Assembly (NCBI GenBank): GCA_963678065.2
Contig: CAXXVZ010000003.1
Span: 1,984,001-2,048,000 of the forward strand
Direction of reading: 5' to 3'
DNA: 64,000 nt
Source: Treponemataceae bacterium
GTDB taxonomy: Bacteria > Spirochaetota > Spirochaetia > Treponematales > Rectinemataceae
The position numbers and the translations under genes were made by a program. Positions 9,115-18,904 of this stretch are shown here, in pieces; the stretch's first letter is position 1, and every line of letters starts with the position of its first letter. The notes under the pieces were generated by a model. That model saw only the letters and a list, made by a program, of their open reading frames with translations. It was not told where the DNA came from and ran no database searches.

Positions 9115-11328
9115 CTATTCGTCGATCCAGCCGATGATGTCGCCGGACCCGGTCAGTAGTCCTTCTTTCCGCATTGCGAAGAGTATGGCATCGAAATCGG
9201 TGTCGGCGACTGTTTCGCCGATGAGCCTCTCCACTTCCGTTTTCAGTTCCTCGCGGCGCAGGTCTCTCCGGCACAGCGCATCGAGAATGCCCTTCTCGAC
9301 GATGGCGTCCCGCGAGGCGATGTCCTTCATGAGGTCCCGGTTGCGCCTGTGCACGGCCACCATCGCCTCCCGCATCATCGGGTACAGGGTCCTCGAGCAT
9401 CGGATGGTCACGCAGCTCTTCATTTCGGTGCCCGAATTGCGGACGAACAGCGCGGCTTCCTTGAGGCCGCCGGGATTGAAGCAGGCGAGATAGAGCATCT
9501 GTGGGTCGTCGGGAAAATCGACGCGGCGGACAGAATAGGCTGCGGGCTTTTGGCTCCGTATGAGATCCAGGGCGATCCGCTCGTCTTCGCGCCACACATA
9601 CGAGTCCCGATAGAAGCGGGATTTGTCGACGAAGTACACGTAGCGCGAGTCCTTCGCCCCCGGCGGGAAGGGGTGGATGATCTCTTCGAGCCCCGATCCG
9701 CAATCCCGGATGACGGTGATGGCTCGGAGAACGGAGAGGAGCCCATTGCCGGTGTAGACCGTGCCGGGTTTTCCCTCCCTGTCCTCCAGACGGACGCCGA
9801 AGGTGACATGTCCCGACTCCTCGCAGCCGACAATATGGTTTTTGCCCTCTTTCGCCGGTTCGAGCAGGTGTTTGTCCCCGACACAGGCTGTCGCGCTTTC
9901 GATTCCGAGAATGCTCTTCATGTAATGGCCGGCGAGAATGTCGCTCTCGACGCTGTTCACGCACACGGGATCGACGCCGAGGCTGTCCCTGTCCCGTCTC
10001 CCCCGTGCCAGCCAGAACGCTATCTCGTCGCCGGGGACGACGTACACCCTGTCGTCGCGGGACGAATAGACGAGGAGGTAACCCCTGTCCCCGTCCCCGT
10101 CGTTCACGATCCCGAAGACGAGTCCCTGTCCCGCCGCCCTCCGGCCTTCGCCGAACATGGCCTGTATGGATGCAAGGCCGCTAGAGCCGCTCGGACTGCC
10201 CGAACTGAGGCCCGGCGCAAGGCGATCTTCGAAGTAGGCGTGTCCCTCGATCTCCCCCACCCCGCCGTTCTGGTTGATATTGTGGCCTCTGGGCTCGACA
10301 TTGACGGCGACGAAGTCGGCGCCCAGCGCCGCGAGGAGTTTTGTCGCCACGGCGCTGTAGGCGCCATTCGCCCCATCGTAGACTATCTTCACGCCCTCGA
10401 GGTGTCGCGGTTCCAGGCCAGCGTTCTCAAGGTCCACGCGGTAGAGAAGCTCGGTGGCCTCTGCGTGCACATCCAGGGCCATCCCTTCGGGATCGGGGCT
10501 CAGATCCCGGTCGGCGAGCCAGTACATGTACGCCGTCAGGCCGTATTCTCCGGCCGGACCGTCGTTTGCGAGCTTGAATCCGTCATACACGAACTTTATG
10601 CCGTTCTGGTTCGAGGGATTGTGCGAAGCGGTGACGATGGCTCCGATTTTGCTTTTCACATAGTACGCGAAAAGCGGAATCCCGGGTGTCGCGAGAACGC
10701 CCGCATCGAGGACCCTGAACCCGAGCTCCGCGAAGGCCCGGCCGACGGCTTTGGCGAAGCGACCCGAGCTGTCCCGGCCGTCGGCCCCGACGACGACATC
10801 CTCCCCGGCGCCGATGAGTCCGTTCTCGAGACATTCCATCCCGAGAGCCTTGGCCGAAAGGCCGAGGAAGGCGGGCGACACGATCCCCTCGCTCAGGAAA
10901 AGACGGAGAGCCTCCCGGTAGTCGACATCGACGTTCCGCGTTTTGCCCCGCAGGCCGTCCGTGCCCTGGAGGCGTATCCGCGAGATTTCTGCGAGGGTCC
11001 GGAAAGATTCTCCCGCTTCACCGCCGGCCCCGCGCTCCGTGCTGAGTCCGTGGAGGAATTCGATGTCCAGGACGGCGCCGTCGGGAAACCATGCGGGGTC
11101 GATGCGCGCTGCGAGCCCGGCGGCCTTCTGCACCGTGATGCCCCTCGACGCGAGGATCTTTCCGGAAGAGGCGGCGTCCGCAGAGCGGCCGAAGAGAATG
11201 GAGGGGTCGCGGCGGACGGTGAAGAAAATCCGCCGCCCGTAGAGCTCTTTCCACACAGATTCATTCGTCACGATAGTTCCTCCGGTTCCGGCGAACCCGG
11301 GATCGCCCTCGGCGGCTTCGAGTTTCAC
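9115..11328 (-). CDS. Alpha-D-phosphohexomutase (GlmM/PMM/PGM superfamily) with N- and C-terminal extensions
   Basis: GTDGLRG, VTASHNP, NDGDGDR, GCEESGH and VRNSGTE motifs; GTG start overlaps the permease stop (GTGA). The upstream part of the 1319-aa ORF is spurious. Confidence 0.88.
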   Translation of the reverse strand: MKLEAAEGDPGFAGTGGTIVTNESVWKELYGRRIFFTVRRDPSILFGRSADAASSGKILASRGITVQKAAGLAARIDPAWFPDGAVLDIEFLHGLSTERGAGGEAGESFRTLAEISRIRLQGTDGLRGKTRNVDVDYREALRLFLSEGIVSPAFLGLSAKALGMECLENGLIGAGEDVVVGADGRDSSGRFAKAVGRAFAELGFRVLDAGVLATPGIPLFAYYVKSKIGAIVTASHNPSNQNGIKFVYDGFKLANDGPAGEYGLTAYMYWLADRDLSPDPEGMALDVHAEATELLYRVDLENAGLEPRHLEGVKIVYDGANGAYSAVATKLLAALGADFVAVNVEPRGHNINQNGGVGEIEGHAYFEDRLAPGLSSGSPSGSSGLASIQAMFGEGRRAAGQGLVFGIVNDGDGDRGYLLVYSSRDDRVYVVPGDEIAFWLARGRRDRDSLGVDPVCVNSVESDILAGHYMKSILGIESATACVGDKHLLEPAKEGKNHIVGCEESGHVTFGVRLEDREGKPGTVYTGNGLLSVLRAITVIRDCGSGLEEIIHPFPPGAKDSRYVYFVDKSRFYRDSYVWREDERIALDLIRSQKPAAYSVRRVDFPDDPQMLYLACFNPGGLKEAALFVRNSGTEMKSCVTIRCSRTLYPMMREAMVAVHRRNRDLMKDIASRDAIVEKGILDALCRRDLRREELKTEVERLIGETVADTDFDAILFAMRKEGLLTGSGDIIGWIDE

Positions 11329-13004
11329 GATGGCCTCACGATGGCCTCGCCCGAGCCGCCGGTCCAACGGTTGACGAGGTACAGGGAGAGTCCCGTGACG
11401 AGGAGCAGGATGGTCGCCATGGCCGAGGCGGTCCCGAAGTAGCCGTCCAGGACCGAGAGATACACCTTGATCGGCATGGTCATCGTCGCGCCGACATAGA
11501 GGAGTATCGAGGCGGAGAGCTCGTTCATGGAAGTCACCCAGCTCATGACGGCGCCCGAGACGATGCCCGACTTCATGAGAGGGAGAGCGATCGTCCTGAA
11601 GGTGCGAGCGGGGGGAGAGCCGAGGTTGACGCCGGCCTCCTCGAGCGCCGGATCTATCTGCTTGAGGATGGAGGCGGCGGAGCGGACCGAGTAGGGAAGA
11701 CGGCGGATGAAGTAGGTCAGGACGATGATGACGCCCGTGCCGGCGAGATAGATCGGTTTGCGGTTGAAGGCGACGATGAAGCCGATGCCGAGGACGGTGC
11801 CGGGCACCATGTACGGAATCATGAGCAGGGGGTCGAGTATGCGGACGGAGAGCCGCCTGCGCCTCGCTATCACGAAACCGAGGAGGGTTCCCACCGAGGC
11901 TATGAGAACGACGGCGACGAGGGAGAAGAGGAAGGAGTTGGTCACCGTGCGCGGGACGTCGAAGAATATGGTTTTGTAGCTGCCGAGGCCGAAGCCCGAG
12001 ATGAAGACCGGGCCGTTCGTATTCCGGAAGGAATAGACGACGACGACGGCGAGAGGCAGCGTGCTGAGGGCGACGATAAAGTAGCAGACGAGATGCGCCA
12101 GGAAGGCGCCGATTCCGCGCAGGCTCAGGGGGACGGGCCTGTTCACCAGCATGCTCGAGTATTTCCGTCTCGACGAGGCCCACTGCTGAACGACGATGAT
12201 CCCGGAGGCGCAGGCCATGAGGACGATGCTCACGGTGCTCGCCATGCCGGGACTCTCGGCGATCTCGCTCGTGTAGAGGTTGTAGGCGAGCGTGGGCAGC
12301 ACGAGGTAGTTGCCGCCGATAATCATGGGCGTCCCGAAATCGGAGAGCGACATCATGAAGACGATGAGCGCGCCTCCCGTGAGGGAGGGCAGAATGAGAG
12401 GGAGGGTGACCGAAAAGAAGGTCCGCAGGGACCGGGCTCCGAGGTTCCTCGAAGCCTCTTCCAGCGAGCGGTCGGTCGTCATGAGTGCTCCCGCGGCCAT
12501 GAGGCTCACGAAGGGATAGAATTGCAGGGATTCGGCGAGCACGATACCTCCGAGACCGTAGATGGGAGGGAGCTGTAACCCTATCGAAATGAGGGCCTGC
12601 CTGAGAAAACCGTTCCGGCCCAGCATGGTCACCCAGGAATAGGCCCCGATGAACGGAGGCGAGAGGAGAGAGAGCACCGCGAGCGTATTGAGGAGAGGGG
12701 AGCCCGCGATCTTGTACCGCGACGTAAAAAAGGCGAGCGGCAGACCGAGGACGGTCGACAGAATCGTCGTCGAGACGGCCACGACCACGCTGTTGAGGAG
12801 GGCATTGAAGTAGTACTTCTTCGAAAAGAAGGTCAGGTAATTGCCCAGGGAAAGAGCCCCCGTCGCCTTGTCGATGAAACTGTAGCGGAATATGCCGACG
12901 AGAGGGTAGAGGAGAAACAACAGAACGATGGCGAATCCGCCGAATGTCACCATGGACCAGACATCGAGAGGTCTCTTCCGGATCATGCCGATCATGCGGT
13001 TCAT
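11325..13004 (-). CDS. ABC permease, FbpB/AfuB-type (two fused TM domains)
   Basis: Two EAA loops (LEEASRNLGA, LEEAGVNLGS); SPPFIGAY and DFGTP motifs. Confidence 0.92.
   Translation of the reverse strand: MNRMIGMIRKRPLDVWSMVTFGGFAIVLLFLLYPLVGIFRYSFIDKATGALSLGNYLTFFSKKYYFNALLNSVVVAVSTTILSTVLGLPLAFFTSRYKIAGSPLLNTLAVLSLLSPPFIGAYSWVTMLGRNGFLRQALISIGLQLPPIYGLGGIVLAESLQFYPFVSLMAAGALMTTDRSLEEASRNLGARSLRTFFSVTLPLILPSLTGGALIVFMMSLSDFGTPMIIGGNYLVLPTLAYNLYTSEIAESPGMASTVSIVLMACASGIIVVQQWASSRRKYSSMLVNRPVPLSLRGIGAFLAHLVCYFIVALSTLPLAVVVVYSFRNTNGPVFISGFGLGSYKTIFFDVPRTVTNSFLFSLVAVVLIASVGTLLGFVIARRRRLSVRILDPLLMIPYMVPGTVLGIGFIVAFNRKPIYLAGTGVIIVLTYFIRRLPYSVRSAASILKQIDPALEEAGVNLGSPPARTFRTIALPLMKSGIVSGAVMSWVTSMNELSASILLYVGATMTMPIKVYLSVLDGYFGTASAMATILLLVTGLSLYLVNRWTGGSGEAIVRPS
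11326..11347. repeat. Perfect 11-bp tandem duplication CACGATGGCCT x2 at the permease/mutase junction
   Basis: Seen directly. Confidence 0.9.
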
Positions 13005-14107
13005 GCCGCTCCTCCCGCCGTGGCGATCCGGGTTTTCTTTTCGGGATCGAAGAGAAGGATGGAGTCCCGGGCAAGGGATATCCTCGCGAGGCTGCCTATG
13101 CGAAGCTCACAGAGGGAATCGGGCCGGTGATACTCCACGACGATCGGTGTCCCGCCTATGTCGAGCCCGATGGTGGCTGTCGAACCCAGGAAGGAGCGCG
13201 AGCGCACCGCGGCCTCGATTCCGTTCTCGGCGCCCTCGGGGGGATTGAACCGTGGATCCTCGGGCCTGAAGCCCACGATGACGCGCCGTCCCGAGCAATC
13301 CCCGATCGGGGCCGCGGCGTGGAACTCGCCCCCGCCCGTCCTGATCCTGACGCCTCCGTCCTCTGTCCGGCCCACGATCTCTCCCTCGAGAAGGTTCATC
13401 GTCCCCACGAAGGTCGCGACGAAGAGGTTGTCAGGCAACTTGTAGATGGTCCAGGGCGCGCCCACCTGCTGGACGACGCCTCCCTCGATGACCGCTATCC
13501 TGTCGGAGATCGCCAGGGCCTCTTCCTGATCGTGCGTCACATAGAGAGCCGTGATGCCCAGATGCTTCTGTATATCCCGTATCTCCGAGCGCATCTCTAC
13601 GCGCAGTTTCGCGTCGAGGTTGGAGAGCGGTTCGTCGAGCAAGAGGACGCGGGGCTCGATGGCCATCGCGCGCGCCAATCCGACGCGCTGCTGCTGCCCG
13701 CCTGAGAGCTGGTCGGGGGTTCTCCTTTCGTAACCGTCGAGCCGGACCCGCTTGAGGGCCGCCTCCACCCGCATCGACACCTCCGCGCCGCGCATCTTCC
13801 GCACCCTGAGTCCGTAGGCGACGTTTTCGAAGACGGTCATATGGGGGAAAACCGCGTAGTTCTGGAAAACCATGCCTGTCTCCCGGCGATAGGCGGGCAT
13901 ATCGTTCACGAGCTCGTCGCCAAGGAGGATATCGCCCGAGTCCTGGCGATAGAAGCCCGCCACTGTCCGCAACAGCGTCGTCTTCCCGCAGCCCGAAGGG
14001 CCGAGAAGGGTGAAAAGTTCGCCTGGCTCGACGCCAAGAGTGACTCCCTTCAACGCTTTCATGGAACCGAAATTTTTCTCGACCCCTACGATTCGAATAG
14101 ATGTCAT
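13001..14107 (-). CDS. ABC ATP-binding protein, FbpC/AfuC/PotA-type
   Basis: [16 protein letters not shown] and LLLDEP motifs; C-terminal TOBE-like region. Confidence 0.93.
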   Translation of the reverse strand: MTSIRIVGVEKNFGSMKALKGVTLGVEPGELFTLLGPSGCGKTTLLRTVAGFYRQDSGDILLGDELVNDMPAYRRETGMVFQNYAVFPHMTVFENVAYGLRVRKMRGAEVSMRVEAALKRVRLDGYERRTPDQLSGGQQQRVGLARAMAIEPRVLLLDEPLSNLDAKLRVEMRSEIRDIQKHLGITALYVTHDQEEALAISDRIAVIEGGVVQQVGAPWTIYKLPDNLFVATFVGTMNLLEGEIVGRTEDGGVRIRTGGGEFHAAAPIGDCSGRRVIVGFRPEDPRFNPPEGAENGIEAAVRSRSFLGSTATIGLDIGGTPIVVEYHRPDSLCELRIGSLARISLARDSILLFDPEKKTRIATAGGAA

Positions 14108-14164
14108 GGTTTTTCCGCTTTGTTGGAAAGATGGCGGCAAGGCATGCATGGCGCCGGCCGCTTC

Positions 14165-14200
14165 GCCTTGCGCCGCGCTCGAGCATGCGCGGCGCAAGGC
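14165..14200 (-). other. Intercistronic stem-loop 3' of the SBP gene
   Basis: 14-bp stem GCCTTGCGCCGCGC...GCGCGGCGCAAGGC. Confidence 0.6.
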
Positions 14201-14233
14201 TCGATGGTCAGATCAGTTCATCAAGGCCAAGGC

Positions 14234-15208
14234 TCAGATCCCGAGATCCATGGCCATACTCTGGAATTTCTTCACGAATTCGGGCTGATTCTTGGCCGCC
14301 CAACCGAAGTCGTAGGGTATTGTCTTGATCGCGTCGATGGCAGGAAGCCCCTGGGGGGCGGCGCCGTCGATGCGGACCGAGCGCCGGAACATCTGGTCGA
14401 CGAGCAGTTCCTGGACAGGTTTCGAGAGACACCAGTCGATGAAACTCTGGCCGGCCTTGGGGTTCGGCCCTCCTTTGAGAAGGGCGATACCGTCGGGGGC
14501 CGCGACCGTGCCGTCGGCGGGGTAGACGATTTTGACCGGACCGCCCGCTTTGACGTAGCGATACGCGTTGTCCTCAAGAGTGATCCCGACCATGACCTCG
14601 CCGTCGGAGACGAATTTGGGGACGGAGCCTGAGGAGCCGGAGATCTGGGCATTCGCGAGAATCGATTTGTAGACTTCCCAGCCCTTGTCCTTGTAGACGG
14701 CGATCACATTGCACAGCTGCATGTAGGCGGAGCCCGATTTGTCCGCGCGGGCCGAAGAGATCATCTTCGCGAAGCGGGGATTGGCGAGATCGGTCCAGGT
14801 TTTCGGGAACTTGTCCGGCTGCACGAGCTTCGTGTTGACGATGAAGACGTTCATGATGCCGGTGAAGGGCAGCCAGTTCGTCCCCACGTTGTACAGAGGA
14901 TTTATCTTGTCCCACTCCTTCGGCTTGTACGGCACGAGCAGGGCGCTGTTTGCCTCGAGCTGCTCTCCCCCGACGCTCCAGACCACGTCGGCCTGGGGAT
15001 TGCCAGCCTCGGCCTTGGCCCGGTTTATGATGTCGCCCGAACCCATCTTGACGTATTCCACCTTCATCCCCGTCTCTTTCTCGAATCGCGGGACCAGGAC
15101 ATTCAGGATCGGATCCTCGAGAGATGTGTAGACGACGACCCGCGTCGGCGCCGCGCCCGCCGCGAAGGCGAGAGTCAGACAGACCAGTGCGATGACGAAT
15201 CTTTTCAT
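14234..15208 (-). CDS. ABC substrate-binding protein, FbpA/AfuA/PhnS class
   Basis: Signal peptide; VVYTS, AEAGNPQADV, SGSAY and YPADGT motifs. Confidence 0.88.
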   Translation of the reverse strand: MKRFVIALVCLTLAFAAGAAPTRVVVYTSLEDPILNVLVPRFEKETGMKVEYVKMGSGDIINRAKAEAGNPQADVVWSVGGEQLEANSALLVPYKPKEWDKINPLYNVGTNWLPFTGIMNVFIVNTKLVQPDKFPKTWTDLANPRFAKMISSARADKSGSAYMQLCNVIAVYKDKGWEVYKSILANAQISGSSGSVPKFVSDGEVMVGITLEDNAYRYVKAGGPVKIVYPADGTVAAPDGIALLKGGPNPKAGQSFIDWCLSKPVQELLVDQMFRRSVRIDGAAPQGLPAIDAIKTIPYDFGWAAKNQPEFVKKFQSMAMDLGI

Positions 15209-15277
15209 GGGAACCTCCTAAAAAACATACAGGATGCCCTTATCTCGCCTCCCGCTCGGGGGAGGAAGGCCGGGCTC

Positions 15278-16637
15278 CTAAAAACCATTGCCTGATTCAT
15301 GGGACGGGTAGCAGGCCGCCTCGTACCGGCCAAGTTCGGCATCGACCGCCTGGATCGCGATCTCCCCGGGTCCGCGAATCGCCGGACTCCGCTCATGGAC
15401 CGACCCGAGGCGCGGCAGGTATTGCGACAGCAACTGAGGCGGTATCTCGCGATCGCGCAGGGAATCGAAGAGACGGTCGAGGGCCACCGATACTTCCGGC
15501 CTTTCCCAGTAGTACCGGATCCGGTCGGAGTACGCGTATTTCAGGGAAAAGGCCAGGAACGAATCCGACGCGTAGTATCCCTTCCAGTAGGCGGGGTCGT
15601 CCCGCATGCTCCTCTCCACCGTGTCCGCGAGCCCCGCCCCATGGCGGACTCCGAGTTCTCCCGCGATGGCGTCGAGTCCGAAAAGGGCCTCGCGGAGGGC
15701 GAAGGTGAGGGCAGGCCCAACTTTGAGTATGCAGATGCCATCCTCGACGAGGGCCGCGAGGGCCTCATCGGGCTGGAAATCGGTGGAATGCCCCTCGAAC
15801 AGAAGATCCGGATAGTCCGCGCGCGGCGACGAGGGCGGCTGCGCGGCCCCGATCGTAGACGTAGACGCGGCGCGCATCGAATTCGACGCCTGGCTGGACG
15901 ACGATGGCCAGGACACGTTCCCAGACATCGGAAAGACCGTACGAGTCGAAGGAAGCCCGGTGCAGTCGCACCGCCGCGCGGAAATCTTCGGGATCGGTGG
16001 GCCTCGGTCCTTCTCCGTCGATGGAGGCCGCCGCCTCCCCCTCCGTCCGGACGCCTCCCGGAACCGGCACTTCGGTCCCGATGACATAGACCGGTGGAAT
16101 GGCGCCAGGATCGCTCGCCCGAGCCTCGCGGAAAGCCTCTTCGGCCGCCGCGCACAGCCTGGCGGAGCGCTCTGCAGCGACGCGAGGATCGAGGGAGAGG
16201 CCAGCGGGGTCGGCAGCGCCGGACCCAGCCTCGCCCCCCAACATCATGCTCGCGTCGAGGTGGATCTTGCGGGCGCCCGCCTTCACGAAGAGGCGGACGA
16301 GTTCCGCCGCGCGCGACATGGCATCCTCCGCGTCCCGGTGGCGCCAGGGATAGGGGCCCAGATGATCGCCGCCGAAAACGACACAGTCGGGGTCGGCGCC
16401 GAAGCGTGAAGCGAGGGCGGCGAGACGGGTCGAAAAATCCTCGGGTTTCATGCCCGTGTAGCCTCCGTCCTGGTTGACCTGATTGGCCGTGGCCTCCACG
16501 AGGACGGCCCTTCCTGTCTTGGCTGCGCGGCGGATGGCGGCCTCGAGGACGAGGGGATTCGAGCTGCACACGGAGTAGAGGCCCCGAACTCCGCCACGAG
16601 AGCGGGCGGCGCGCAGCTGTGCAAAACAATCGGACAT
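15278..16637 (-). pseudogene. agaZ: GatZ/KbaZ/AgaZ-family protein split by one frameshift near 15820
   Basis: N half (SVCSS, EATANQVNQDGGYTG, GGDHLGP, KIHLDAS, YVIGTEVPVPGG, VVQPGVEF) is in ORF 15765-16637; C half (FEGHSTDFQ, ILKVGPALTFALREA, YSDRIRYYW) is in ORF 15278-16087. Confidence 0.88.
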
Positions 16638-16641
16638 CTCG

Positions 16642-17829
16642 CTACCCCCTCAGGCTTTCCGGATAGATCCACACGCCCTGAACCACTCGGCTGATCACGC
16701 CGCCGGGAGAGGGCTCGTCCGGTCTGAGGCCATGGCCGAGAGAGGCGAAGAGTCCGATGAGCTGCCCCGCGACAGCCACGAGTACAGGAAGGAGTGTGTC
16801 CGGAACCGCCCGGTCGGCGCCGAAATCGAGAGTGTAGTCGGCGAGTCCCTCGAGTCCCGACAGGTCCGGGCCTGCCGCCACGAGGGCTTTTCCCAGTCCC
16901 TTACCCCGGATTTCCCTGAGAAGGTCCAGTTCGTAGCGCCTGCGCCGCGCATCGCCCGAGAGGTAGAGGACCACGAGGCTGTTCCCGTCCACCGCGGCCA
17001 GGGGGCCGTGCCGGAAGCCGAGAACGTCCTCGGTCGCAGCGATTATCCGGCCGGCGGTGAGCTCCTGCACCTTGAGGTGGGCCTCGAAGGCGCCGCCGAG
17101 GAAGGGCCTCGAGGCGATAAAAAAGGCCCGGTCGAAGTTCTCGCGGGACAGGAGCGCCCCGAGATCAGAAGCCCTGCCGATGAGTGGACCGCCGAGACGG
17201 GCTAGAGCCTCGACAAAGGCGGCGTAGTCCCCGTCCCGGCCGCGGTAGGCGAGAGAGGCCCCCGCTATGCACAGCGAACTGAAGGAGGCGGTCATGGCGA
17301 GTCCTCTGTCATTCGACTCTTCGGGGAGGGCCAGGACGAAGCCCCTGTCGCCAAGACCGCCGACGAGGCTGGCGAGCGAACCGGAACGGTTGCAGGTGAT
17401 GGCGATCTGCCTGACCAGGCCAGGCCTCAGGCGTTCCGCCAGTCCGACCACGGCGTTGGTCTCAGGGCTTTCTCCTGAGCGCGCGAAGGATACAAGCACA
17501 AAAGGCTCGCGGGGGAGGGAGGACTCGGGGTCCATGAGGATTTCAGTCGAAGGGATGGCTTCGACGCAGGCGAATGATCCGGCGAGGAGTGGCTCAAGCG
17601 AGAGGCCGACATAGTGGGAGCTTCCGGCGCCCGAAAGGACAAGCCGCGAACTGTCGCCGAGAAAATCCGACAGCGCGGACAGAGACGCCCGGGCAAGAAG
17701 TCCCGTCTTCAGCCAGACGGCTGGCTGAGAAGCTATTTCGCCGGCGGTATGAAAATAGCCTTTCTCTTTCTGTTCCTCGGCGGGACATTGAAGCAGAGCA
17801 TCCAAGGCCGTTCGCACCATGATCACCAT
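16642..17829 (-). CDS. agaS: AgaS-like SIS-domain galactosamine-6-phosphate deaminase/isomerase
   Basis: EIASQP, GAGSS, SFARSGESPE, AMTASFS, ELTAG, GFRHGP and SRVVQGV motifs. Confidence 0.88.
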   Translation of the reverse strand: MVIMVRTALDALLQCPAEEQKEKGYFHTAGEIASQPAVWLKTGLLARASLSALSDFLGDSSRLVLSGAGSSHYVGLSLEPLLAGSFACVEAIPSTEILMDPESSLPREPFVLVSFARSGESPETNAVVGLAERLRPGLVRQIAITCNRSGSLASLVGGLGDRGFVLALPEESNDRGLAMTASFSSLCIAGASLAYRGRDGDYAAFVEALARLGGPLIGRASDLGALLSRENFDRAFFIASRPFLGGAFEAHLKVQELTAGRIIAATEDVLGFRHGPLAAVDGNSLVVLYLSGDARRRRYELDLLREIRGKGLGKALVAAGPDLSGLEGLADYTLDFGADRAVPDTLLPVLVAVAGQLIGLFASLGHGLRPDEPSPGGVISRVVQGVWIYPESLRG

Positions 17830-17991
17830 ATTTTCATATCAATCACATAACAAGCACATAATACCATTAAACGAGCATATATCAATCATATTTCGACACA
17901 ATTATAGAAATTTTCAAATACCGAGCATATTTCGCGCAGACTATTCCACGGACGCCGCACTGTGATATAGTGCACGGGGAAAGGTGGACAC
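17830..17991. promoter_or_regulatory. AT-rich divergent control region with short direct repeats
   Basis: ATATCAATCA x2, CGAGCATAT x2 and CATATTTCG x2 between agaS and the DeoR regulator. Confidence 0.55.
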
Positions 17992-18759
17992 ATGATGCGG
18001 GAAAAAGAAGATCGTTTCGGCAAGATCGCGGCCGAGCTCGCGAAAAACGGAAAGTTATACAGCGACGACATCGCCGGTCTCCTGGGCGTATCGCTGGCGA
18101 CTGTGCGCCGGGACCTCGAGGCCATGGAATCGCAGGGCATGCTTCGCCGCACCCACGGAGGGGCCTCGATCATTGAGGACGAGAACGAGCTTCCCTTCTA
18201 CTCCAAGATCAAAACGTTCCAGGCGGAGAAATATCACATCGGCATCGCCGCGGCCGCGCTCGTCCCTCAGGACGCGGTCATAGGATGCACGGGAGGCACG
18301 ACGGTCGTGAGCGTCATGAGGGCTCTGAAAGGCAAGAGACTCACCGTGATCACGAATGCGATCAATGTGGCCATGGAACTCGCGCCCTTCGATTCGATCG
18401 AGGTCCTCGTGACGGGCGGAAGTCTCCGCCCGCGCTCATACGAGCTGATAGGACAGGTGGCGGACAGGACAGTCGGCGAATTCCACTTCTCCATCGCCCT
18501 TCTCGGCGTGGATGGCATCTCCGTGGAACACGGCCTCTCCACCTACGCCATCGGGGAAGCGCACACGGCAGCCCTCTATATCAAGCAAGCCGACGAGGTG
18601 TGGGTGGTGGCCGATCACAACAAGATTGGAAAGATAGCTCCCGCCCTGATAGCGCCCATCTCGCGGGTCAAGCGTCTCATCACGGACGAGGGGATCGGGG
18701 CCGGGGAGAAGCGCGACATAGAGGCTGCAGGAGTCGAGGTCGTCGTAGCGAAACAGTGA
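17992..18759 (+). CDS. DeoR/AgaR-family transcriptional regulator
   Basis: VSLATVRRDL..RTHGGA HTH; GGTT and ITNAIN motifs; divergent from agaS. Confidence 0.92.
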   Translation: MMREKEDRFGKIAAELAKNGKLYSDDIAGLLGVSLATVRRDLEAMESQGMLRRTHGGASIIEDENELPFYSKIKTFQAEKYHIGIAAAALVPQDAVIGCTGGTTVVSVMRALKGKRLTVITNAINVAMELAPFDSIEVLVTGGSLRPRSYELIGQVADRTVGEFHFSIALLGVDGISVEHGLSTYAIGEAHTAALYIKQADEVWVVADHNKIGKIAPALIAPISRVKRLITDEGIGAGEKRDIEAAGVEVVVAKQ

Positions 18760-18904
18760 ACTGAAGGCCGCCCGGGCGGGGGAACTTTACAGCCCCGGGC
18801 CCGGGTTGTATATTTGCAATACTTCAGTCCAGGCGGTGACTTATTCCCAGAATATCCATGTATCCTCAGGCCCGAGAATATATCCTCGAGACGAATCGGA
18901 AATC

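Noticed and set aside
11329..13074. N-terminal 580 aa of the 1319-aa ORF as a giant mutase fusion
   Set aside because: Arg/Pro-rich off-frame translation overlapping the real permease; mutase motifs begin only after 11328
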